Assembly: GCA_002422205.1 (NCBI GenBank)
Contig: DITS01000034.1
Location: 9,522 to 73,521 of the forward strand
Direction of reading: 5' to 3'
DNA from: Alphaproteobacteria bacterium UBA6178
GTDB taxonomy: Bacteria > Pseudomonadota > Alphaproteobacteria > Rickettsiales > UBA3002
DNA length: 64,000 nt
The notes under the pieces were generated by a model. It was not told where the DNA came from. It ran no database searches and was given only the letters and a program-made list of their open reading frames with translations. Numbering within the stretch: the stretch's first letter is position 1; every line of letters starts with the position of its first letter. The translations under genes were made by a program, and so were the position numbers. This document shows positions 51,828 through 60,484 of this stretch, one piece after another.

Positions 51828-54137
51828 TCAGCCGGCCTTCTTAAACTTTCCCGATTCGATGCCCTCGCGCATCGCCTTCGCAGCGGCCACCATTGCTTTC
51901 AGTGCGGGCTCCACTTCCTTCCAGCCACGGGTTTTTAAACCGCAATCCGGATTCACCCAGATTTGCTGGGCATCCAGTACATCAAGCGCTTTGGTAAGCA
52001 GCGTTTCCATCTCCTGCTGATTCGGCACGCGCGGGCTGTGAATATCATACACACCCGGCCCAATCTGGTTTGGATATTTGAAATTCACAAACGCTTCGAG
52101 CAATTCCATCGCCGAACGCGACGTTTCGATCGAAATTACATCCGCATCCATCGCGGCGACTGCCTCGATAATGTCATTGAATTCCGAGTAACACATGTGT
52201 GTGTGAATTTGCGTCGAATCCTGAACGCCAGATGCACTCACACGGAACGCATCCACCGCCCAGTTCAGATAAGATTTCCAATCGGCTTTACGCAGTGGCA
52301 GCCCTTCACGCAACGCCGCCTCATCAATCTGAATAATTTTGATACCGGCTTTTTCAAGGTCAACCACCTCGTCACGAATCGCCAGACCAATCTGCTTACA
52401 GGTTTCCGAGCGCGGCTGATCGTCACGCACAAAGGACCACTGCAAAATGGTCACAGGGCCGGTCAGCATGCCTTTCATCGGCAATTTGGTTTTGCTTTGC
52501 GCAAACTCCGCCCATTCCACCGTCATCGGCTTCGGACGTGACACATCACCAAAAATCACCGGTGGTTTTACACAGCGCGAGCCATAGCTTTGCACCCAAC
52601 CATTCTGGCTAAAGGTAAAACCATTCAGCTGCTCACCAAAATATTCCACCATGTCATTACGCTCAAACTCGCCATGCACCAACACGTCAATGCCCGCATC
52701 TTCTTGATAGCGGATGCATTCTTCGGTCTTGCTTTGTAAGAATTTGTTGTAATCCGCAGCATTCAGCATGCCCGCTTTAAATTGCGCACGTGCCTGACGA
52801 ATCTCCTGCGTTTGCGGGAAGGAACCAATCGTCGTCGTCGGCAGCAATGGCAGCTTTAAATTATCATTTTGTGCGGCAATACGTTTAGCAAAGGCACTTT
52901 GACGCTCCATCATCGCAGCGCTCACACTACCCGCACGCTTTTTCACCTCATCATTATGAATGCGTTTGCTGGTTTTGCGCAGCTCAATCGCTTTGCTGTT
53001 ATCAGCAAGCTCAGTCTTCACCGCATCCTTGCCATCATTCAGTGCACGCGTCAGCACCGACAGCTCATTCAGCTTCTGCGTCGCAAATGCCATCCACTGT
53101 TTAATCTCACCGTCCAGCTTCACTTCATTCGCCAGATCAACCGGCGTATGCAACAAAGAGCAGCTCGGCGCCACCATCAAACGATCACCACCCAGCTTGG
53201 CGGCTGCTTTCTCCAGCTTCGTCAGTGCTACTGCAAAATCGGTTTTCCAGATATTACGTCCATCAATCACACCGCATGACAACATCTGCCCATCTTTTAC
53301 CAGACCCAGCACATGATCGAGCTGATCCGCTGCACGCACCAAATCCACATGCACCGCAGCAACCGGCAGGCTAAAGGTCAGCTCCGCATTATCACGTAAG
53401 CCTTCAAAATAACTGGTAAGGCAGATTTTCAGCTTCGATGCGGCTCCCAATTGCGCATACGCATCCTTAATGCCGCTTTTCATGCCATCGCAAATATCCA
53501 GCGCCAGACACGGCTCGTCCATTTGCACCCACTCAGCACCGGCTGCTTCCAGCTCCGCAAACAGTTGAGTATAGCAAGGCATCAGCTTGTTATACAATGT
53601 GCTCCATTCGGTATGGTCGCGCACTTTACCAATGCTCAAAAATGTCACCGGCCCAATCACCACAGGCCGCGTCGTAATGCCCAGTGCCTTAGCTTCTTTG
53701 AACTGGCTGATAATTTTATCGCTGTTCAGCGCAAACTCGGTCTTCGCATCAAATTCCGGCACGATATAGTGATAGTTAGTGTCAAACCATTTGGTCATCT
53801 CCATCGCCACCACATCGACACCATCGGCCTGACGGCCACGCGCCATGGCAAAATACAAATTCAGCGCATCGCCGCCTTTAAGCGATTCGTAGCGCTTTGG
53901 GATCGCGCCAAACATCACAATATGATCGAGCACCTGATCGTAAAACGAAAAATCATTCGACGGGATATGCGCAATGCCATTCGATTGCTGCAATTTCCAA
54001 TTCTGCTCGCGGATATCTTTGGCCACGCCTTGCAAATCAGCCGCCGGAATTTCACCTTTCCAGAATGATTCCAGCGCTTTTTTTAACTCGCGATGCGCTC
54101 CGATGCGGGGAAACCCCAGATTTGCGGCAATAGCCAT
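51828..54137 (-). CDS. metE: cobalamin-independent methionine synthase
   Basis: 769 aa starting MAIAANLGFPRIGAHRELKKALE. It has a duplicated (beta/alpha)8 architecture and the C-terminal Zn site (HMCYSEF, PDCGLKTR). AAGGAG lies before the ATG at 54137. Confidence 0.95.
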   Translation of the reverse strand: MAIAANLGFPRIGAHRELKKALESFWKGEIPAADLQGVAKDIREQNWKLQQSNGIAHIPSNDFSFYDQVLDHIVMFGAIPKRYESLKGGDALNLYFAMARGRQADGVDVVAMEMTKWFDTNYHYIVPEFDAKTEFALNSDKIISQFKEAKALGITTRPVVIGPVTFLSIGKVRDHTEWSTLYNKLMPCYTQLFAELEAAGAEWVQMDEPCLALDICDGMKSGIKDAYAQLGAASKLKICLTSYFEGLRDNAELTFSLPVAAVHVDLVRAADQLDHVLGLVKDGQMLSCGVIDGRNIWKTDFAVALTKLEKAAAKLGGDRLMVAPSCSLLHTPVDLANEVKLDGEIKQWMAFATQKLNELSVLTRALNDGKDAVKTELADNSKAIELRKTSKRIHNDEVKKRAGSVSAAMMERQSAFAKRIAAQNDNLKLPLLPTTTIGSFPQTQEIRQARAQFKAGMLNAADYNKFLQSKTEECIRYQEDAGIDVLVHGEFERNDMVEYFGEQLNGFTFSQNGWVQSYGSRCVKPPVIFGDVSRPKPMTVEWAEFAQSKTKLPMKGMLTGPVTILQWSFVRDDQPRSETCKQIGLAIRDEVVDLEKAGIKIIQIDEAALREGLPLRKADWKSYLNWAVDAFRVSASGVQDSTQIHTHMCYSEFNDIIEAVAAMDADVISIETSRSAMELLEAFVNFKYPNQIGPGVYDIHSPRVPNQQEMETLLTKALDVLDAQQIWVNPDCGLKTRGWKEVEPALKAMVAAAKAMREGIESGKFKKAG

Positions 54138-54343
54138 AGTCCTGCTCCTTATATCCAAATGAAATGCAATAGTCGGTTATAGATGGAAAAGTGTCGGGAG
54201 CAAGCGATTTTTACATGAATAATCCAAGCTTTTTCATAGCAATGACAGCCCAGCGCGCCCACCCCGCCGCATTTCATGCTGCATTGCGAGACAACTTCCT
54301 GAGAATTAAATGAATTGTTAATAGTTTGTGCTATACTTTAATC

Positions 54344-55075
54344 ATGACCACACAAGCATTGCTGACCCAACATTATTATGGCCTGTGCGAACGCACCTCC
54401 GATGCTTTTCTCTCCGAGCCGCTCAACGCTATTTCCAATCTATCCTTCATCCTCGTCGCCATCATGATTTACCGCACCTACCGCGACCATCAGGATCTCA
54501 AAGGCAAATGGATATGGGATTTACACATCCTCACAATCCTGATTTTCAGCATCGGGCTTTTTAGTTTTATCTATCACATCTACCCCACCCCCTACACCGA
54601 AACCATGGATGTGATTCCCATCGTTGCCTTTATCAATATCTTTTTCTTCAGCATCATCGTACGCATCGGACATACCAATGCATTTCAGACCGTTGTGTGT
54701 TTTCTGGCCTTTGTCGGTAGCACCCATATATTAGTCAGCCAGTTTCCAAACGCCATGAACGACTCCATCGGCTACCTCTCCAGCATGGTGGCGCTTGTCG
54801 TCATCGCCATTTACCTGCACATGATGCGCCGCCCGTCCTCACACCAATTCTTGCTCGCGTCGCTCATCGGGGTGATTTCGCTCTTTTTCCGCGCCATCGA
54901 TAACGCCGTATGCGACACTATACCCATCGGCACGCATTTTCTCTGGCATTCACTCAATGCGCTGCTACTGTACATCCTCATGAAACAGGTCATCCGCAAT
55001 GTTAACCGCGATGCGCGCTTGCGCCGCATGGCGATGATGAAAGCAACAGGACGGCATAAATGGTCGATGAAATAA
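54344..55075 (+). CDS. ceramidase-family 7-TM protein, copy 1
   Basis: N-terminal YYGLCERTSDAFLSEPLNAISNLSFIL, seven hydrophobic helices and a C-terminal HFLWHSLNA. Confidence 0.6.
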   Translation: MTTQALLTQHYYGLCERTSDAFLSEPLNAISNLSFILVAIMIYRTYRDHQDLKGKWIWDLHILTILIFSIGLFSFIYHIYPTPYTETMDVIPIVAFINIFFFSIIVRIGHTNAFQTVVCFLAFVGSTHILVSQFPNAMNDSIGYLSSMVALVVIAIYLHMMRRPSSHQFLLASLIGVISLFFRAIDNAVCDTIPIGTHFLWHSLNALLLYILMKQVIRNVNRDARLRRMAMMKATGRHKWSMK

Positions 55076-55752
55076 ACACCGCATCCACTCTTACCTATCT
55101 TGACGCCTATTGCGAACGCTCGGGCGATGCATCTTTTTGGGGTGAACCCTTGAACGCCATCACTAATCTGGCCTTCATTTTATGCGCCCTCATGGCCTAT
55201 CGCCTGATTAAATCAATACCTGACAAGCGCTTTAAAAGCATGGGCGACATCTGGACATTGATCTTCTGCATGTTCGCAATCGGCATTGGCAGTGGCCTGT
55301 GGCATACGCATACTCGCCCATGGACGGTCATTGCCGATATTATCCCTATCTATATTTTCATTAACGTTACCATTTTCAGCCTCACCATGCGGCTATTGCA
55401 ATTCAGTTGGTGGCAAGCGCTCGTCATCTGGCTTGGCTTTATCATGCTCACCATCGCATTCGAAACCGGCGCCCCGCGCGATCTGCTCAATGGCTCCGTC
55501 ATGTATCTGCCCACCTATTTAATGCTGGGCTTTATTATCGCCTTGCTATCCCTCAAAAAGCATTACAAAGCCTGGCGCGACCTCACCGCTATATTGCTGG
55601 TCTTCACCGCCTCATTGTTTTTCCGCACCATCGATATGGAAGTTTGCGCGCAAATTCCTACGGGCACCCACTTCCTGTGGCACATGCTCAACGCTTGGGT
55701 ACTCTATAGCATCGTGAAATTAATAGCCGACAGCAAACGGGCTATTGTCTAA
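55060..55752 (+). CDS. ceramidase-family 7-TM protein, copy 2
   Basis: DAYCERSGDASFWGEPLNAITNLAFIL, LWHTH and THFLWHMLNA. It overlaps copy 1 by 16 nt. Confidence 0.6.
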   Translation: MVDEINTASTLTYLDAYCERSGDASFWGEPLNAITNLAFILCALMAYRLIKSIPDKRFKSMGDIWTLIFCMFAIGIGSGLWHTHTRPWTVIADIIPIYIFINVTIFSLTMRLLQFSWWQALVIWLGFIMLTIAFETGAPRDLLNGSVMYLPTYLMLGFIIALLSLKKHYKAWRDLTAILLVFTASLFFRTIDMEVCAQIPTGTHFLWHMLNAWVLYSIVKLIADSKRAIV

Positions 55753-56380
55753 ATTGCCCATGCTGCAAAAAATGCGCGGTCTCTGCTATCACATTGCGGC
55801 TCAGCGGAAAAAATGTATGGCTTACCGGTAGCGTTTTATAATCCGTCATCCCCTCGCATTGGCTACTTTCAACCGATACCTTGCCGTCATTTGGCCCTTT
55901 AATCAAGTAATAGCTGATAGGATCAATGGTGCATGTACCACCCAGACAGCCCACTTCATAATAAGGCACCCCGCGTAAATCATCGCAAGCCGTATTATGC
56001 GTGGTTAATTGCTGACCGGCTGGCCCAAAAATCCATTGATACAACCTCCAGCTTTGCATAAAATCCGCCACTTCACTGCCCTTATTAGGCGATGCCAGCA
56101 ATACCACCCGCCCCACATTCGCAGGCCGGTAGCGATTCAGCATCACCCGCACCAGCTGCCCTCCCATCGAAAACCCGACAAAATGCACCACCGGCTGCTT
56201 GCCCACATCCTCACCAATCTGCGCCCATATCTGATCAACCAATGCAGACCAGTCATAACGGGTGGATGGGTAGCTTATCGCCACCGCATCAAACCCTTGC
56301 TTACATAAACTATTGATTACACGTCGCATCTGTATGGCTGGCAGTAAAATACCATGCAGCACATACACGCGCGGCTTCAT
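55742..56380 (-). CDS. alpha/beta hydrolase (lipase/esterase-like)
   Basis: 212 aa with VYVLHGI and the nucleophile elbow GFSMGG. Confidence 0.65.
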   Translation of the reverse strand: MKPRVYVLHGILLPAIQMRRVINSLCKQGFDAVAISYPSTRYDWSALVDQIWAQIGEDVGKQPVVHFVGFSMGGQLVRVMLNRYRPANVGRVVLLASPNKGSEVADFMQSWRLYQWIFGPAGQQLTTHNTACDDLRGVPYYEVGCLGGTCTIDPISYYLIKGPNDGKVSVESSQCEGMTDYKTLPVSHTFFPLSRNVIAETAHFLQHGQFRQ

Positions 56381-56383
56381 CTC

Positions 56384-57088
56384 TTAGCCGCCATTCACAT
56401 GCAAATGCGCGCTACCGGTATAAAAATACCATCCCAGCCCGATGGTAAAAACAAAGCACCCGAAAAGCGCATGCTCCAGCCAAACCAGCGGCAAGGAACG
56501 GGTACGCGCATAAGTATCGGCAAAAATCAATCCGCCAATAATGCTCATAAAATACGCCACCCAGTTATTAAACATAAAATGCGCATGCCCGAAGGCAAAG
56601 GCACTGGCAAAAATCATATGGCGCTGATTCACAAATAATGTCGCATACCGGTCAAAGAAAAACACACGATAAATAATTTCCTGCGGAAACACCGATAGAA
56701 TCGGATATAACAGCATAATCATCATCCATAATTTTGGCTTCTCAATCGGTAGCTGCAATAAGCGCCCTTCATCATGGGTGGCCGTAAACAACGCCATGCC
56801 CGCCGCGCAACATGCAAAGCGCAGTAACATCGGCTTCCATCTTTCTTTAGAAAAATGATGAAACGCGACCAGCGATTTTAGCGAGCCACCCGTTTGTTTA
56901 ACCCACACAATCAGGCAGCCAATCGCCAGTAACCACAGCGTAACAAACAGCACGCCCTTTAAGCTGAAATAAGACAAAACCACCGGTAGAACAGCAAATA
57001 AAAGCAGCAACTCTGCCACTAACCAAATCTTGTGATGCCAGATAGCACGATGGGTCATCCCCCCTATATAACGCACTCCCCATATCAT
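56384..57088 (-). CDS. CPBP (CAAX/Abi) family intramembrane metalloprotease
   Basis: 234 aa, multi-TM, with QEIIYRVFFF and FAFGHAHF. Confidence 0.7.
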   Translation of the reverse strand: MIWGVRYIGGMTHRAIWHHKIWLVAELLLLFAVLPVVLSYFSLKGVLFVTLWLLAIGCLIVWVKQTGGSLKSLVAFHHFSKERWKPMLLRFACCAAGMALFTATHDEGRLLQLPIEKPKLWMMIMLLYPILSVFPQEIIYRVFFFDRYATLFVNQRHMIFASAFAFGHAHFMFNNWVAYFMSIIGGLIFADTYARTRSLPLVWLEHALFGCFVFTIGLGWYFYTGSAHLHVNGG

Positions 57089-57120
57089 ACAACGTCAATT
57101 ATCCCATCAGTATTCCCTTC

Positions 57121-57350
57121 CGTCATACTGGTGCTCGACACCAGTATCTCTTACCACCACCCTACTCCATCCACCCGTCATTTTCGCGAAAGCGCGAATC
57201 CAGCCTGATCTTTCTTCAAGTGGATCCCCAGGATCGGCTACGGCGCCCCGAGGATGACGATATCGTGGCAGCTTGTCACCCCTCGCTCAGCCGGAGACCC
57301 GACTTCCTTCTCCCTCTCCCTCAGGGAGAGGGTCGGGGTAAGGGTCCCCT
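57121..57350. repeat. cluster of short palindromic (REP/MITE-like) modules upstream of rimO
   Basis: Hairpins: atactggtg/caccagtat (57125..57147), ttcgcg/cgcgaa (57183..57198) and ccctctccc/gggagaggg (57312..57332). There is also a degenerate inverted GTCAT module at about 57221..57262. Confidence 0.6.
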
Positions 57351-57406
57351 TACTTAAAATGTCGCATATTGCTTGCTTTTGCCCTGAACGCGCGTATAGA
57401 AGCACC

Positions 57407-58747
57407 ATGGACACCGCAACCACACCCACATCAAAATCATCGCCACGCGTCGGCATGGTCAGCCTTGGCTGCGCCAAAGCACTGGTTGATTCCGAGCGAA
57501 TCATGACCCAGCTGCGCGCCGAGGGCTACGATTTCGCCCCCGATTACACCGATGCCGATGTGGTCATCGTCAACACTTGCGGCTTCATCGATTCCGCGCG
57601 TGACGAATCGCTCGACGCCATCGGCGAAGCCATGGCCGAAAACGGCAAAGTTATCGTCACGGGCTGCCTCGGTGCCGAGCCCGACGTTATCATGCAACAA
57701 TATCCGCAAGTCTTCGCCATCACCGGCCCGCACCAATATGAAAGCGTTATGAAAGCCGTGCACGAAGCGTCGCCCCCGCCGCACGACCCGCTGCTCGATC
57801 TCATCCCTCCCCAAGGCATCAAACTCACCCCGCGCCACTATGCCTATTTAAAAATCTCTGAAGGCTGCAACAACCGTTGCTCATTCTGCATCATCCCCAA
57901 GCTGCGCGGTGATCTCGACAGCCGCCCGCTCGATGATGTGATGCGCGAAGCCGAAGCCCTCAAACAATCCGGCGTCAAAGAGCTATTAGTGATCTCGCAA
58001 GACACCAGCGCATACGGACTCGACATCAAATACCAAAAAGTGCAATGGAATGGCCGCGAACGCGAAACCCGCTTCTATGATTTATGCGAAGCGCTGGGCG
58101 AGCTGGGCATTTGGGTACGCCTGCATTACGTCTACCCCTACCCGCATGTGGATAAAGCCATCGCCATGATGGCCGAGGGCAAAATCCTGCCCTATCTCGA
58201 TATTCCCTTCCAGCACGCCAGTCCCAACGTGCTCAAAGCCATGAAACGCCCCGCGCATCAGGCCAAAACACTCGATCGTATCCGCGCATGGCGCGAGCAA
58301 TGCCCCGATCTGACCATCCGCTCCACCTTCATCGTCGGCTTCCCCGGCGAAACCGAGGAAGACTTCCAATATCTGCTCGATTGGCTCTCCGACGCACAAC
58401 TCGACCGCGTCGGTTGCTTCAAATACGAAGCCGTGCAAGGCGCCGACGCCAACGCGCTGGGTAATGCCGTGCCGGAAGACGTCAAGGAGCAGCGCTGGCA
58501 CCGCCTGATGCAGGCGCAGCAAGCCATCAGCGAACAGCGCCTCAAACGTCATATCGGCAAAACCATGCCCATCCTCATCGATAGCATCAGCAATGGCGAA
58601 ATCATCGGTCGCTCTTACGCCGACGCCCCCGATATCGACGGTATCGTGCACCTGACCAGTAAACGCCGCCATCTACCCGGCGATATCGTGCAGGCCGAAA
58701 TAAACAGGACCGATGCGTACGACCTGTTCGGCACCATTATTTCATAG
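57407..58747 (+). CDS. rimO: ribosomal protein S12 methylthiotransferase
   Basis: MDTATT...[16 protein letters not shown], a radical-SAM CxxxCxxC motif ([10 protein letters not shown]) and a C-terminal TRAM domain. The ORF-track start at 57254 reads through the repeat cluster. Confidence 0.9.
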   Translation: MDTATTPTSKSSPRVGMVSLGCAKALVDSERIMTQLRAEGYDFAPDYTDADVVIVNTCGFIDSARDESLDAIGEAMAENGKVIVTGCLGAEPDVIMQQYPQVFAITGPHQYESVMKAVHEASPPPHDPLLDLIPPQGIKLTPRHYAYLKISEGCNNRCSFCIIPKLRGDLDSRPLDDVMREAEALKQSGVKELLVISQDTSAYGLDIKYQKVQWNGRERETRFYDLCEALGELGIWVRLHYVYPYPHVDKAIAMMAEGKILPYLDIPFQHASPNVLKAMKRPAHQAKTLDRIRAWREQCPDLTIRSTFIVGFPGETEEDFQYLLDWLSDAQLDRVGCFKYEAVQGADANALGNAVPEDVKEQRWHRLMQAQQAISEQRLKRHIGKTMPILIDSISNGEIIGRSYADAPDIDGIVHLTSKRRHLPGDIVQAEINRTDAYDLFGTIIS

Positions 58748-58771
58748 CATAACGGCCCACCCTATCATTTC

Positions 58772-58792
58772 TGCCTATTATAGGCATTTTTT
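58772..58792 (+). terminator. rho-independent terminator after rimO
   Basis: tgccta tta taggca followed by tttttt. Confidence 0.6.
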
Positions 58793-58859
58793 GCCTACAT
58801 TGCGGATATTCTTGCCGCAACGCAAAAAATATAACCCTTATTAATCAATATTCAAAAAC

Positions 58860-58875
58860 TGGCCCGCTAATTGCA
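58860..58875 (+). promoter_or_regulatory. sigma54-type -24/-12 element (TGGCCC-N5-TTGCA) upstream of the 69-codon ORF; overlaps an extended -10 (TGCTATATT)
   Basis: tggcccgctaattgca has GG and GC in the canonical positions with canonical spacing. A TGnTATATT element at 58878..58886 offers a sigma70 alternative. Confidence 0.4.
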
Positions 58876-58929
58876 TTGCTATATTTTAGGCAAGAAATGC
58901 CGATACAACAATAAAAACGGAGCCTAAGC

Positions 58930-59139
58930 ATGACGCAACAACAAGAAGTACAATACGCCATTGACTCCCTCGCCGTTGAACAAGTCCTTTTCCTCAAAAA
59001 CCGATACAAAATGCTACCCCACGAAATCGTCCGCCTCTATACCGGCGAAGATGTCGGGCGCGCCACCTATGATGACGCAATTGCCAGCATCACGCGTTTC
59101 AACGTTCAAAACGCTCGCAAAAACGGCTTTATTGCCTAA
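58930..59139 (+). CDS. small hypothetical protein (69 aa)
   Basis: ORF with GGAG 8 nt upstream. No family recognised. The 3' end overlaps hisI convergently by 4 nt. Confidence 0.45.
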   Translation: MTQQQEVQYAIDSLAVEQVLFLKNRYKMLPHEIVRLYTGEDVGRATYDDAIASITRFNVQNARKNGFIA

Positions 59140-59618
59140 AGAATCGTCGGATTAGGTGCATCCCCATACACTTCTTTAGGGTCAAAGCTTTTTTCCGATT
59201 CGCGGTAAACCAACTCCATCTCCGGCGTCGGCACAGCGCCCGTCGGAATCGAGCGGTAAAAACAGCTGCGATAGCCAACATGGCAGCTCGCATCACCCGG
59301 AATTTCCACACTCAACCATACCGCATCCTGATCATCATCAATCCGCATATCGGTCACTTTTTGCACCAGACCGGACGTTGCGCCCTTATGCCACATCACC
59401 TTGCGCGAGCGGCTGTAATAATGCGCCTCGCCCGTTTCAATGGTTTTAATCAACGCCTCACGGTTCATATAACCCAGCATCAGCACTTCGCCGCTACCCG
59501 CCGCCGTGGTAACGCAAGGCAACAAGCCATGCTCATCAAATTTAGGGGCCAAATCATGGCCCTCCTCCACTTGCTCAATGGTCAAGCGCTGCGCAAAAAC
59601 AGAATCTGTATCAGACAT
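59136..59618 (-). CDS. hisI: phosphoribosyl-AMP cyclohydrolase (monofunctional)
   Basis: 160 aa with LPCVTTAAGSGEVLMLGYMNREAL..TGEAHYYSRSR..WHKGATSG..DDDQDAV and CHVGYRSCFY. Confidence 0.85.
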   Translation of the reverse strand: MSDTDSVFAQRLTIEQVEEGHDLAPKFDEHGLLPCVTTAAGSGEVLMLGYMNREALIKTIETGEAHYYSRSRKVMWHKGATSGLVQKVTDMRIDDDQDAVWLSVEIPGDASCHVGYRSCFYRSIPTGAVPTPEMELVYRESEKSFDPKEVYGDAPNPTIL

Positions 59619-59685
59619 TAGGGTTATCCTTAAGTTAGCTGATGCTTAAGTAATGAGATGCAGATGGAATTGCAAGCACAACTGG

Positions 59686-60474
59686 CTATTGGAAGCGGTC
59701 CCAAAAGCTTTTCTTCGGCTCCGGAATCGGGGTTTGCTGCCGTGCTTCGTTATAGACACAGGCCACATAAGCGCCGCGCCGCAGCGTAAATACCGACGCC
59801 ACGCGCTCAACCACCAGATAATTATCGCGCATACGGAAGTTGATCAGCTCCTCATTTCCCTGCGCATCCACATAAAACACCGCAGGAATATCTGCATTTT
59901 TATCGCGAAACTCAAAATAAGTGAATTCCCCATCATCAAAAATACGCAACGGGCTGATAAGGTCAGGCCCCTGAATGGTATAGTTAAAATTAAAGCGCTC
60001 CGGCTCCGACATAAAATCAGGCACCGTATCCATACCATAGCCCATACTGGCCATGTCGTCTTCCGGATACACAAACCGCATCACAAAAATCATATCCCTG
60101 TCATCGATGCTCTCTGTCTCGCGCGCATGCAACTCAAAGTGATAGGTGTGTTTGTCGGTAATCACCGTCATATTAGTCATCGCATCCTGCTCGATTGGCT
60201 TGATAAATAACCGGTCCTTCGACGGATCAACCAACCATGCAATCGAATCCCCGATCGACACCGTCTGAATGGTTTCATCCGCCGCAAATTCGATACTCGA
60301 CTGATAGCCATAATGGCCTAAAAACTTATACACTTCATTCGGGCTGAAACGCACCGTACGAATACGGTTATCCGTGGCAACGGGGCGCGGCTCCTGTAAC
60401 GCGTAAGCCGTATCAGATAGACCCGCAATCAGCAAACATCCGGTTAAACACATCAATCGTAATACACTTCGCAT
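59686..60474 (-). CDS. virB9: type IV secretion system protein VirB9 (TrbG/CagX family)
   Basis: Signal peptide ending AYA. The N-terminal domain reads IRTVRFSPNEVYKFLGHYGYQSSIEFAADETIQTVSIGDSIAWLV...LFIKP...TNMTVITDKHTYHFEL. The C-terminal domain reads PLRIFDDGEFTYFEF...VVERV...TLRRG. Confidence 0.85.
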   Translation of the reverse strand: MRSVLRLMCLTGCLLIAGLSDTAYALQEPRPVATDNRIRTVRFSPNEVYKFLGHYGYQSSIEFAADETIQTVSIGDSIAWLVDPSKDRLFIKPIEQDAMTNMTVITDKHTYHFELHARETESIDDRDMIFVMRFVYPEDDMASMGYGMDTVPDFMSEPERFNFNYTIQGPDLISPLRIFDDGEFTYFEFRDKNADIPAVFYVDAQGNEELINFRMRDNYLVVERVASVFTLRRGAYVACVYNEARQQTPIPEPKKSFWDRFQ

Positions 60475-60484
60475 CTTGCGTTCC

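Noticed and set aside
56384-57088. The CPBP/Abi-family protease as an abortive-infection or bacteriocin-immunity module.
   Set aside because: It is a single gene with no adjacent toxin, bacteriocin or phage-related genes. The family is widespread with housekeeping roles, and nothing in the sequence supports a defence role.
57254-57406. N-terminal extensions in the ORF track. These affect rimO (497 aa), surE (344 aa), nagZ (356 aa), metE (776 aa), the iron-binding protein (356 aa), L33 (73 aa) and the photolyase (511 aa).
   Set aside because: In each case the conserved family N-terminus starts at an internal Met, often with an SD sequence. The upstream part reads through repeats, a Fur box or the neighbouring gene.
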